In this document: piece by piece, positions 1 to 12,539 of the stretch
How positions within the stretch are numbered: position 1 is the stretch's first letter
Layout of the letters: every line of letters begins with the position of its first letter
Origin: Epiperipatus broadwayi
Lineage: Eukaryota; Animalia; Onychophora
Assembly (NCBI GenBank): GCA_028023455.1
Contig: JAQFVV010000003.1
Location: forward strand, 19,902,001-19,966,000
Length of the DNA stretch: 64,000 nt
Direction of reading: 5' to 3'
Position numbers and translations under genes: made by a program
Notes under the pieces: model-generated
The model's database searches: none
What the model saw: the letters and a program-made list of their open reading frames with translations, nothing else
Told to the model about the DNA's origin: nothing

Positions 1-1042
1 CGATTTACAAAACACAAGTAGAAAGATTTTTGAAAACCAAGGTTTCAAATATTACAATTTTTTTTCACATATTATTATAAAAAAATCTATGATTGTCATT
101 TGTTTGTGTAAACCTTTATTTTTCAAAAGTAAAATCATTTTACAATTAAACTATTATTATTATGTTATGCACACATTATGAACATAGGCTTTTGCTTTTG
201 TTAACACTTCACATCTCATGAAAGTTCAGCACAATTTTAAATTTACTATCTTTTTCTCCTCTTTCTTTAAGTAATAAAATAAATACTAAAATGCATTAGG
301 AATAAAATAATAAAAAAAATAAAATATAATAAACTAGACCACAGATGAAAGTGATCTACAGCATTGCTTGCAATAAATCAAAATTTAGCCCCCAAAATGG
401 AAGAAAAACAGATTACTGTATTTCATTTCAAATTTATACATATATAAAAACTACAATAGAAATAAATTATAATAATCAAAGCTAATGGATAAAAATGACA
501 CATATGAATACATGTAGAAATCCTTGCAACAAATTAAAACTTAAAAGTAAGACTTGTAACCATTTTTAATGAAGCACTTCTCTCAACAACAGTAATTTCA
601 AATCATCACTTGGTATTAAAAAAAAAAAAAAAAATACAAAAAAAATAAATTACTTTATGTCATTTGAAATTAAAAAAAAAAAAAATTACATGGAAAATTT
701 TGCATCAGGATTAAAATTTGTTAACAATATTCCAGGATTGAAAATATGCAGCAAATGATAAAAATAGATACAATACAATGAGACTTCATTATATTACAAA
801 AAGACTTCATAAAATTTTTATAAATATAGATATACCCACAGATACAAATGTCCAATAGCCTTTAAAATAGACCACTGCAGAGTAATAATCTCTTTAATAG
901 TCCCTCATATATGAAGAATGAAGGAGAAGCTATTACTAACTAGGCTTGCCAATTGTTGGATGATGTGTATATGAGAGCATTTCCTCTCATTTACTTGCCA
1001 AGCTAATAGATACTCATTTCCCATCCAATATTAAATAGTTAG

Positions 1043-1257
1043 AACAGGCAAAACTAACTGCATATATTGCCACACACAATAAGCTAGAGAATCAATGGAT
1101 GCCAGAAGGCTTGTGCATAAAATCCCCATCTAGTGCCTACTCATCCAATATCCCCAGACTAGTTTCTGGATGGGGATTTTATGCACAAGCCTTCTGGCAT
1201 CCATTGATTACTCTAACTTGTTGTGTGTGGCAATATATATAGTGAGTTTTGCCTGTT
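1043..1257. repeat. Foldback inverted repeat (about 90-bp arms) from the hammerhead-bearing repeat family
   Basis: AACAGGCAAAACT...GCCACACACAA...ATGCCAGAAGGCTTGTGCATAAAATCCCCATC (1043-1131) is mirrored by GATGGGGATTTTATGCACAAGCCTTCTGGCAT...TTGTGTGTGGC...AGTTTTGCCTGTT (1166-1257). The loop read on the minus strand contains GAAACTAGTCTGGGGATATTGGATGAG, shared with the 7-8 kb and 15 kb copies. Confidence 0.85.
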
Positions 1258-2268
1258 TTAACAACAGTTATACACAAGCATAAGAGGTGGTGGTCATGTG
1301 ATGTTTATTGAATTAAATAGTTAGGTTGGTTGGTTATGTGTCAATTACTTGGAGAAAAAACCCTGTCTGATTAGACCTTCAAAAAATATTTATCCAGCAA
1401 CTATTTGAACTCAGCTTGTAGACATGTAAGATGAGTATATAATTGTTGTATTACAAGGCTTCTGGAAACATACATAATGAGTGACATCTATCCTACTCCA
1501 AAGCTTGTTCTTAAGATTAAGTAATAAGCAATTTAAATAACCAGACAATAATTAAATTAATGCATGCAGATTTCCATGATTGGATGCTGATTATTAAAAT
1601 AAAGCATTCTAAAATAAAGACTATCACTTATTATGGTATATAAGCTAAAACAAAAATTTTTACAATAAGTAGCCATTGATTGAATATCTTCTGGTATGTT
1701 TAACTATACTTATGGTTGTAGAAAAGATGTTTTAATTATATAGTGTATACAAATTCTGATTTGACAGAAACATAATTTTATAATAATATTAATATTCTGA
1801 ATTTGTAGATCAACTTTCCAATTAGTCCAATCATTACTTCAATAATCAGAGAATTTCCTGTATTCATTGAAATATGACTATGGTTCCTAATTGACTTATA
1901 TAAGCATAAATTTATTTATAAATGTGTTATAGATTTAAAAAATCATCATTAATTTTTAAAAAATACATTTCTAATTATAAAACATATTATCTATAGTTTT
2001 TAATTATTATATTCTATAAATATTTATTATATTCTATAAATATTTTTACTTTAAATTTAAATTTTGTCAATGTAGTGCTAACTGTAAAAAAATATCTTAC
2101 TTTTTTTTAGTATCTTACATTGGAAATATCCAAAAAAATTATTAAAAGTTTCTATTTATAATGATATTTCTCTTTGGCATTTTTGTCTTTGAAAAAAAAA
2201 AAAAAAGTCATTAAAAATAAAATAAGAAAATTATGATGGGGAACTTCTGTATTTTATTAAAAACTTAC

Positions 2269-2332
2269 ATGTTGCTGCCCGTTCCATCTTCATTAGTGAT
2301 CTGTCGGTAAAAGCTGCTCGAACTTCATAACA
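2269..2332 (-). CDS. Isolated 64-nt internal exon of an unidentified host gene (CYEVRAAFTDRSLMKMERAAT)
   Basis: Minus strand: long T-rich tract ending TTTTTTAG before the exon, canonical donor CAT|GTAAGT after it, GC content higher than flanks, and only one frame open across it. Protein family not recognised. Confidence 0.6.
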
Positions 2333-2899
2333 CTAAAAAATAAAAAAAAAACACACACACACAAATATACACACTCAATAAATAAAATATAATAAAACAA
2401 AGCAAGAAATATTATGTTATTCATTAAATTTTAAATATAAGTATTATCTGAAATTAATTTCAATTAAAATCCAAAATAAAACTATTTACAAACAAATTAT
2501 GCATAATAAAGATACAAATAGAGAAATGTTAATGTGAATATTATGTTATTTGTATTAAAAAATATTTTTTTCTTAACTAGTAATACTTATGAATAGTACT
2601 GATAATATCCAAATATTAATCTGATAAAGGCAATGCATTGCAAGACTGCACAAATTAAAGACAAAGTCCAAGCATGTGGCAAAAGTAGTTTGTACACTGA
2701 GGCAATATAAGTTTGTAATAAAGTGTGCTGTGATAGCAAACAAGATAAAAAAAAAAATTTCAGCAGAATCCCTGTGATAGTAAACAAAATGTAAAGTTCT
2801 GCTAATAATGAAATTTCAGAAGTAGTCTTATATAGCTAGAAACTAGAACTTCCCCATCTTCACTTTCAATCATCATCAGTCAATAATAAAATAAAGGCC

Positions 2900-3480
2900 T
2901 CTTAAAATACAATCCAATTTCTCATTTGAATCTTTATCATTTCAGTAAACTTTTATATCTCAATCTAATTTACACTTGGGGTTTTATGATCCTTTGGATC
3001 CCTTTTTTTAGTATCATGTCCAGGCAACTTTCAACTTTTCTATGATATATCTGTTTGTTCTTCCCATAATATATTTCACTTTCAATATCTCATTATTCCC
3101 AACATATATTTCTCTATATATTTTGTTGTCTGGTCTTAAGTTTTTGCTCTCTTATTAAGAGTCCATGTTTCAAATCTATGTGAACTCTCTTATTAAACCC
3201 AATCATTCCAAAGGCATATTTTCTTTTAATATTAAGTTATTTCAATAAAAAAACGACATATATTATCTTTCTCTCTCTATTAGTAATCTAATCAGAATGG
3301 TTTGATATACTGGTAGAATAGCGGATTCTGGAGCTTAAGATCCTTGTATCATGCTAAGTTCTGATGCTGAACTCCCGAGCAAAAAAGTCATTCTATTATT
3401 TATTTATCCGAATGTATTATTCGTGGTAAATTTTTTCCAATTTATTACTACTAATCTTTAAGGAACAGCTACATTTTATT
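2900..3480 (-). mobile_element. Highly decayed non-LTR retrotransposon 3' fragment (RTE-like RT C-terminal region)
   Basis: Minus-strand translations give broken residues resembling the post-RT region of RTE-type LINEs (KL-I...I-KP-L, GH, RW-D-like stretches), with many stops and frameshifts. Confidence 0.4.
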
Positions 3481-3530
3481 GAATTCTGGCATATATGACT
3501 AAAGGTTTTGCAATATGTTTAAAATATATA

Positions 3531-4418
3531 CGAGGGTATACCCCAAAAATCAATTTTTCTTTGGCAGATGGATCCATTGCAGTATATGCTCCCACCATTA
3601 AATTTTTCTTGCAGGACCCCTTCTACATCAGTCTTCTGACAGGCATCATCAAATAAAGTTATGGAACCATGTAGAAAATTTTTTTGTTAAGTATGTTTTG
3701 TTTATTTGTTGATTTTTATGATGACTGAAAAGTTAGAAAAATGTAAAATTCTGTTTTTTTGTCATGGAAAAGGGCAGGAAAACAATTGTAATGCATGAAT
3801 AGTTTACAAGCAAGCTTCTGTGAGAAAAACATAAGTTTATGATTAGTTTAATGGAAGAGTCAAAATCACCATGCTCCAAAAAGTGTGGTGAATAAAGTCC
3901 AATTCCAAGATGTTGCTATTTTTTGTTGTTGATGCGAACAGCATTATTCACTCAGAATTGCTTTGTAACAGTCAAATGTTTTACTGAAATGTTTGCATGA
4001 TATGGCAAAACAATGTCCTGATTTGGAGCAAAATAGAGAGTGATAGTTTTACCACGGCAACATGCCAATGCACAAGGCCTTGAGTGTGAAACAATTTTTA
4101 ACTAAAAACAGCATGATCTACCTTATCTGTTTACCATATTCACTTGATCTTGCTCCATGTGATGTCTTTTCATTTCCTGAATAAAAAAAAAAAAAAGTAA
4201 AATAACTTGCAGACTTGGAAGAAGTGAGGAAAAAACAATGGAGGCATTAAAAGGTATCACTTTGCAAAAGTTTCAATACTGCTTCAAAAAGTGGAAAACA
4301 TATTTAGACATTGATGAAATAGACAGTACTTTAAAGGAGATTCAAAATAAATACACAATTTTTCATTCCAAAATTCCAGGTCTTTTTTTTTTTGGGGGGG
4401 GGGGGTAACTCCCCCTCA
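3531..4418 (+). mobile_element. Mariner (Tc1/mariner, DD34D-type) internally deleted transposon
   Basis: Left end TA|CGAGGGTATACCCCAAAAA; degenerate right TIR ...TTTTTGGGGGGGGGGTAACTCCCCCTCA. Internal remnants match mariner transposase: SP-PKK...SK-K-ML--FF, HxNxPxH-ALSVKQFLTKN, and a degenerate YSPDLAPCD-F motif (CCATATTCACTTGATCTTGCTCCATGTGATGTC, about 4135-4170). Confidence 0.85.
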
Positions 4419-5284
4419 ACTATTTTGCCACTAATGCTATTCTAATGATGGATTATATAATGCATGAGAAATTTAATAGTGTTCTAGATTTTTTTCATCA
4501 AATAATAGAAATTACATAATTCAAAGAACAAAGAGCTAAAACTCCTCCAGGATCCTTTGAAATTTGTAAATTCTTCTTCATGCACAGGTAATATATATCT
4601 TGGCAGCGATTAAATAATAAGCTTTGAGCTTTCATTTTCAAATGATTCAGTAAACAACGCTTTAAAAATTTGCTAAGGACTATCATTCAATTTAAGGTTT
4701 CAGCATTCTAATGCATATTTATAATTAAACTGATAAAGAACCATTTCTAACCTGTTTGAAAATTGACTATTACATATTAAATCAGATCAGTTTAGTTCGG
4801 TGAACAAATAAGTTTGGTTAATTGCAACCTATATGTTTTTTCAATCAATTTTTCATATGGTTTTGTAGATTTTTTTTTTAATTTTATAGCAATATGCATG
4901 AATCAAATGTGTTCAAAATGACACTGATACCAGTAATTTTGTTTGAACAGAAGATTATATGTTAAGGTTTCTCCTTATGAGTTTAAAATTCATCTAACTC
5001 AAAATAAAATATAAAACACTGTTTTGTTTTAAATAATTCAAGATTTAAATTATAAATACATATTAAAACAAAAATTTTCATGGATAATAGACATAAATGT
5101 AGTTTTTGGATTCCACCATAAGTATGGCCATTAATTATTATTATAGTAGCAATATACCCACTAGACCTCTTCTGCTATTGTTTGGGTAGTATAAAAGACC
5201 CAAAGTTGTTTGTTTTGTTGGTGATCAAATTATACATAACCAATGTAGAAACATAAAATAGTAGAAGGTGTGACAATTTAAATG

Positions 5285-5520
5285 CTGCCTATTCACCAAT
5301 TTAGATCCCCCTTTGACTTCTGGCTATTTCCAAAATTAAAAGCTTTGCTGAAAAGACCAAAATGTGAAATAGATATGTCAGAAAATAATTTCCTGATTTA
5401 TTTCCAGAAATAAAAATGTTGTCTAAATCAGTTTATAGATACACAAAGAGGCTAATTCAAAGGTAATAGTAATCATTAGTGCACAGTTCTACACGTACAT
5501 TATTTTAAAATGGCCTCCCA
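5285..5520 (+). mobile_element. Second mariner 3' fragment
   Basis: TATTCACCAATTTAGATCCCCCTTTGACTTCTGGCTATTTCCAAAATTAAAA is a frameshifted YSP(D)L-P-DFWLFPKLK motif; ends in a TIR-like ATTATTTTAAAATGGCCTCCC. Confidence 0.75.
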
Positions 5521-6979
5521 GAAATGAAATTGTCACACCATGTATATGAAAGTGGAAACTCATTTTCAAATTATTGATTTTAATATAGGAACAATAATTA
5601 TTTGTTTAAAAAGTACTTATAACAGTGGCTCTTAATATTTTTAAAGACATAGAATACTTTCAATTATAAAAATATTGCAGAATATTAACATCAATAATAC
5701 ATCCATATATATATATAACTGTGAACCTAATAATAAAAATATAGATGAACATATCTTTTATTAAAAATCATAGATTATAGTATACAGTAATAAAAATAGA
5801 CAATAATTAAAAAAATGATTCATTATAAACTAAAAATAGAACTAAAATAATTTTAATAAAAATAGTAATTATATAGATTTCAATGTAATGTTTAAGTTTG
5901 ATGCCTTTTTAAGATTTCAGCAATTTCAGATTTAAATACTTTATTCAGAATCAAGTTTTATTAAATAAATTTATCTGCTTTGTATGATTATGATAATAAA
6001 TAATTATTTCTAATATAATAAATTTTAGCTAATGAACAAACCATCTAAATAAATTGGAAATAATAATTATTACAATTATTTACTAAAAAAAAAATGGTAC
6101 AAGCGGATTTAAAATGCAAAATATCCGAGTTTAAAATATAGAATTTGGTTATAATGTTTATATATAATATCAAATAAAACAAAAATACATAATCCAAAAC
6201 AGATTTTGTCAAACTTAATAAACAATTGACAAAAATAAATAGTTTGCTTGAAAATGCAAATTTCAATTTAAGCCAACACTCCCAAGATAGGCTATGAATA
6301 TTGAGACCTAAGTTACCCGAAAGCACTAAGCCTGATAATTCTTATAATAATATTAAGCTTCACTTATTTGCATAAAACGCAATTTAAAATTTACTATGTA
6401 TGCTACTGTTCATTTGAGGGTTGTTTTCTAGTTAGTATATCATTTTGGAGCAAGTATTCAATTTCCAATAATTATTCATAATTTCATAAAACACTGGTGG
6501 CAAACACTGCTCCAAAAACAATAGTTAAGTACTACTGACTTATGCTATACTGAAAGGGGGAAAATAGAAATGAAATATTTAATTATTATTAGTACTATCA
6601 AAATGATGGCAGATAAGATAATCAAAATGTGACTGCTATAATAATGATAACAAAATTTTTGAAAAAAAAAAAAAACTCGAAAACTGTGTATATATGCACA
6701 ATTTTGAGAATGGTAGACTTAAAAGCTCAAAATTCATGGATTAATTTCCATCGGAGAAAACTTAAAAAAAAAAAAGAATGTTGCTGTGTTCAAGTTCATT
6801 ACTTTGGTTATTCGATGTCACATGATCTCCTGAACAAATCATATAATTACTTAATGATGCATTAAGTTTTTAATATGTAAAAGTAAAGCATTGTAAATAA
6901 TCTAAAAGGTTTGATTTATTGAAAAAATTAGAAAAAAAACTGGAATTGGATATTTATGGTAAAGGTTACCAAAGCTGAG

Positions 6980-8045
6980 CATTCATATGAATATAGTAGT
7001 AGCAATTCTCTTCATATACTAGTGCCAGCTAGTGCAAGTCATAGTAATAAATGAATGTTGGAAGGTTTGTGCATCAAAATCTCTATTCAGTACATACTCA
7101 TCAATTATCCCCAGCCTAATTTCTAGCTTGTGGCCTTCATCAGTGAGGAATTCTGGATCTAAGAGTATTGCACCTAGATCTTTGCTTCTAAAGCAACCAT
7201 CCAGCAGCCATCTTAACTATAAAGCTGTTAGTCTAAAATGAAAAATACAATGTTTTCAATCAAAACTCATTTGCTTGTATAGTCATACAGATCTAAACCT
7301 AGTAAGATATTTATACATTTTGGTGTTTTTGGTTTTTAATAACCATAATTACCATCATTCTTTGGCCAGGATTAATATTAAAACACTAAAACATCACACG
7401 ATCACCATTTCTTATGCTTACACAAGCTAATAAAGCAGTAGCAACTCCTAACAGTAATGTCAACCAGTGTAAATCATAGTAATGAATGGATGCTAGAAGG
7501 TTTGTGCATCAAAATCCTTATGTGCTGCCTGCTCATCCAATATTACCAGGTTAGTTCTAGCTTGTAGCATTCATCATTGAGAGTCTTGGATCTAAGAGCA
7601 TGCAACCCTCCAATAGCCACCTTCAACCTTTTAAGTTAACTATAATGTTATGAATCTAAAATGAAAACACAATACTGTTTTCAATCCAAGCTCATTCACT
7701 TGTAGCCATACAGAACTGAACCCAATTCAGTACTTATCCATTTTGGATTCATAATTCTATAGTTTAACTAAAAAGGTACAAGTGCTGCTGGAGAGTTTGC
7801 ATTAGATTCAAAGATTTTGATACAGGTGCTCTCAGTTCCAAGATTACTCATTGATGAAGGTCACAAGCTAGAAACTAATCTGGGGATATTAGATGAGTGG
7901 GCACTATATAGGGACTTTGATGCACAAATCTTCCAGCATCCAATGATTACCATGGGTTGCACTGGGTGTCACTATTGTATGGAGAGAGTTGCTACTGTTT
8001 TAACAGTTTGTGTAAGCATAAGAAATGATAATCACGTGACATTCA
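6980..8045. repeat. Three copies of an approximately 300-430-bp hammerhead-bearing monomer: two tandem (motif on minus) followed by one inverted (motif on plus)
   Basis: GAAGGTTTGTGCATCAAAAT recurs near 7062 and 7496 (period about 434 bp) and inverted near 7915-7935; about 7375-7660 mirrors about 7750-8045. Confidence 0.85.
7105..7152 (-). ncRNA. Degenerate minimal type I hammerhead ribozyme motif
   Basis: Minus strand TTCCTCA-CTGATGA-AGGCCACAAGCTA-GAAA-TTAGGC-TGGGGA: CUGAUGA and GAAA cores intact, stem I TCCTCA/TGGGGA pairs; stem II and the cleavage triplet are mutated. Confidence 0.55.
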
Positions 8046-8194
8046 TAAGAATGTAATATCTCTCTCATCAGTGATGAGTTATATCAACTTGACACTTTTA
8101 CTCTTTAGCTAATAATACCAGATATTCCTTTACTGACTACTATTGGGTAGTTGGTGAGATCGGCTACCTTGAAATAAAATCATAAGCCTATAAC

Positions 8195-8292
8195 GAATAA
8201 TATTTCCATAATATAATTTTCATTACACCACTCTCATGCAAGGCAGATATGAGAGTAGTGTAATAAAAAATTATACAATAGAAATATTATTC
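8195..8292. repeat. Short hairpin/MITE-like inverted repeat
   Basis: GAATAATATTTC...ATTACACCACTCTCAT / ATGAGAGTAGTGTAAT...GAAATATTATTC around an 11-nt loop. Confidence 0.7.
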
Positions 8293-10449
8293 ATTATCTA
8301 GTATAATAAATGACTAATAAAAATTATTAAAATCCTAAGCCTGTTTGTGATCTGATGACAGAATTTTTAAGGTTTATCCAGTTCAGAATTGTAACTCCAA
8401 AGTGTAATTACAACAGACAGATGTACTATTTATTAGGACACAAGATTCATTTACATATATTTAGAAATGAATGATTTATAAAAAAATGTGTTAGAAAGAA
8501 GTAGAAATAGAAAATTATGGGAGATGATATTTTAGGTGAAATATTGGCAAACAACTGATGATTTAATACAACTTTATTCTCTTATTATTTGTTCATGGAT
8601 AACAAAATTATGATAAATTGAAGCAGTCAATCTTAGCTTAAGATTGAGCTTCATGATGTCATCTACTAACCTCTGTTTAAACCCTATATCCCATCCCGCT
8701 CCTTTAGTCGCATATATTTTATGTATATATTTGAGATGTGCACCTAAAAGTTATAAATTTTAACTCTCAATAACATTTTTATTATTATTAATTTTTTTTT
8801 ATTCAAATACATAGGTACGGCTCAAATGTATATATATAGGAGCAAACATACTAACAAAATATTGATTTTTTTTAAAAACATGTTATCATATGTCATTTAT
8901 AAAACGTTTTCTTTTTAAATTGTTTTTCCTATTAAACTGTATATTTTATAAAATCCAAGATGGAAGATGCAACCGTTAATTGTCCAAAAACAATTAAAGG
9001 GTTGGAAATATAATAATGTTTTAATCTTGGGAATGAATTTTTAATTAAGGTTTTACTGAAAATAAAATTAGAAATGGGATTAATAGATTTTACTTTTGTA
9101 TAAACATTTTTGTCAAATCTATTTCTAATCTGGAAATAGATTTGAATTTGTTTTTGGACATTATCTTACGTTGCATCTTCAAAAACAATGGATAAAAAAA
9201 AAGTAAGAATTTTTTTGATCGGAGATTAGATTTAGAGCTAGAATTAAGAAATTAAAAGCATTCCAGAAATACCTGAGCAGTATATAAAATGACCTGATTT
9301 TAAATCACCAACAGAGTAACTACTATTGAGAGAACTGTATTGTTAACATACTACACGTCGCTGTGAAACTTAAAATAATGTAGTAGTAAATTCACCACCT
9401 TTTGACTCTTGTGGGTCATTTTTCCCGCTAATGTACCATCTAACTGCTGCCCTGAAATGAAAGAAAAGCCTAAAGAAGGAACTCTGGAATGCTAAATAGA
9501 AGCTTGCTGTCACCAAGAACTCATTTGGATCTTCAATTGCTATTCCTGAGCCGTACTTTGAAAATAGACTCTTATTAAATTTGTGCAAGGTAACTTATGC
9601 TACTATTTGAAAATAAATCTAACCTAACTAATCTCAAATCCTGCTATCAAGATTTCTCCTAACGTATTGTTCAATTTTATCTCTTTTTTAATTAATATGT
9701 AAAATGTAATTTGCTCTTAAATGATTTCTATATATTTGATTTTCTCTCATATGCTCTAACTTTCTTTAACTTTGGTGCAGTCGTTTATTTATATGTATTT
9801 ATTACTTAATTTTATGTCTATTTTAGTTATTATTAATATGCCAATCTCAAGAAATCTGACAAGTTGGATTTCTAAAATCTTTTCTTTCTTCTTTTAAGTA
9901 AACCTTCATGAATTAAGGTTATTAACGTCCCTTTAAAACATAATGCATTATTCGCCAGATTGTTTTTACGAGTCAACAGTTTGTTTATGTTTTGATATAA
10001 AAATTGATTTAATTCTGAATTCTTCCTGGGGTGAATCCAGAACTTAGGCTAATTAACACTCTGAAATTTTAAAATGTTTTTTATTAAATTCTGAAAGGGT
10101 GACTTATTATTTGTTTTCTATATAACTGCTAGATTTACTTTATTTCTCATACTCTTAAATATCCAATTATTATAAAATCAATAAAGGTGGGATTGAATTA
10201 TTTTAAATATCAGAAAAGGAGGGGTCAAATCTAAACATATATTTTGGTAAATGAAATCTAAATCTATATATATATATTATAGCAGCATCGTGTATTATTT
10301 GTCTAAATTATGGCATTCAAACAAGGGTCATTTATTTTAAAGCAGTAAATCTTATTTAATGTCACTTGTGACATTTATTGTACTGCATTATTAACATTTG
10401 GCATATCTTCATGAATAATATATATTACGTGCTTCTAATCTGGGGATTG

Positions 10450-10770
10450 CAACAAGATCGAACCCATAGATTTCTTCTCAAGCTTTGTCTTGAGGATAGT
10501 TGACCCTCCCAGGACCACTTATTTTGTATAAAAAGACCTCTGGCGGTGATTCCAGTATGCCTGGCACATGCTATGCTTATTCACTTTCTTCATATGAAAG
10601 GCCTGCACATTAGTGGCATCTACGGCATACCTTATCCACATTTCTCTAAGCACTGCCCAAGAAGGGGGTCTTAGATTTCGTGTTTCATCCAGAAGCATGA
10701 CTTTTTCCTGTTAGTTCTTCGGCGATGTCAGCACTGCAAACTTCTTTGTATTATTTCTTTTGTTTCATGG
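10450..10770 (-). pseudogene. Possible Ty3/Gypsy integrase zinc-binding (H2C2) remnant
   Basis: GC-richer island; minus-strand translation RNVDKVCRRCH*CAG...PGILESPP resembles the Cx2C part of the integrase N-terminus; stops and frameshifts present. Confidence 0.35.
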
Positions 10771-11399
10771 CCCAGTTTTAATGCTCTAATATTAAAATTG
10801 TGCTCTGCTTATATATATAATGCCGAGTATCACTACTTTTATTTATAATGCTATTTCAATCTTATTATCCAATCCTACCATCGTAATCTATTTCTAAATT
10901 TAAGAGTATATATATGCCTCGGGGGAAAATCAAGCGTTCTGTCTTTTAAATGTTTTTTAAATAAATATTTTATCATAAAATTAAATGTAATTTTCAAATG
11001 TGTTTTATTTATTTTCACAACCATAATGGCGTGAAAAAGTCTATATTATATCTATAATGAATCCCAGAATGCTCCCCGAAATCATATGTTAGTCACCATG
11101 TTTCAGAACTGTAAATCAAAACGTTAATAGCAATTTTCTGTAAATTCTTTCTAATAATTGATTGGCATCTTAATATTGGACCCACCAAAGATGTGTGTTT
11201 ATGTATAGTATAGGTCATTTAATTAATAAAAGAGCATATGAGAAAAAATTAGCATGATATGTAATTATCTACTGTTTTCTCATTCACACACATACAAATG
11301 TATGCAATTAATTCATAAATGTATATAAATAATTTGTCATTGTATTAAAATAAATTTTTTTAATGCTTAACTTGTTTGAGTAGTTTGAATCCCTTTTTC

Positions 11400-11674
11400 T
11401 CCACTTCCAAACATACATCCATTCGTGTATATATTTTAGTTAAGTCGTTAATAAATGTCTCATTGTCTTCTTCGCTCTGCTAGTGGGCTGGATTTAAAAT
11501 AAATTCTCATGTGCCATCATTAATGTTATTCATTAGGTGTTTGATCTGGAGCTTATGGAGTAGGTTCAAATTCAGGTTGGTCCCTGACCTAAATCTCGGG
11601 CTTGACTGGGTTTGAAGTACGTTTCATTGAGTTCCAGCTCATGTTAGATGGATCAACATGTTTTGACCGGTACA
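11400..11674 (-). mobile_element. LTR-like element terminus (TGTACCGGTC family), inverted
   Basis: Plus strand ends ...TTTTGACCGGTACA|ATAT; the reverse complement aligns by eye with the elements starting at 40527 and 45848. Left boundary uncertain. Confidence 0.5.
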
Positions 11675-12539
11675 ATATGTATTCTTTGAAATTTATCTTT
11701 AAGTAACTCATTTTTTGGTGACTAATTAATAAATTTGGCAATTTCTAATCTTGGGCAAAGATATCACTTAAGCTATTAACAAGTCTTATATCTAATAGCA
11801 ATAAAAGCATGATGCAGATAATTAAATAAGTAAAAAAAATATTTTAAAATTTAATTTTATAATTGTGTATACAAATTATTAAATAAAACTAAAAATAATT
11901 TGAAATTTTAATTCAGTTGAGTGAACTTACAAGTTATTGAATATATTCATAATTCATTATAAAAAGACAAAATAATTTTATGCCAAAAAAAAAAAAAGTG
12001 AGATGCAAAATAATTTTACATTCAAGGTAATAAATGGATCCAAAATTTAGATAATATTTTTAATACTTTACTAAAAATAAAACTGAGAAATTTAAAAATC
12101 AAAATCTCAAATAAAGAACTCATTAACATTTATGATGTAAATTTAAATACTAAGAAACTGAAATATTTAATTAGGGGTACAATAGGTAACAAAAAACTAC
12201 CATTGTTATTTAAATATTTGTTTAATCAAAATATCCTATAGTTCAATTACCTACCTATGTTTTCAAGTAGAGAATGTAACAATTTCAGGGAATAATTTAA
12301 AGGAACATTAGATATTAAAATAAAATATCATATGTGCAAAATCTGTAAAAAAACACAGTTTATTTATTAATTTAAAAAAAAGCACATTAGATGTGGCAAT
12401 CTTCTGGGAACTATCATTAATAATGAGTGAATAGTAATTTTTTAGAGATTTATTTATTTATCCATTATGGACTAACTTCAAGAATTTGGTGAGCTTTATC
12501 TACAAAAATGTAATACAAAATATACCTACAACCAATTTT

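Noticed and set aside
520-615. Minus-strand peptides resembling a hAT dimerisation motif (TVVERSASLK) or a Myb/SANT-like DDL.LLREV motif
   Set aside because: Two conflicting short matches in different frames; indistinguishable from chance.
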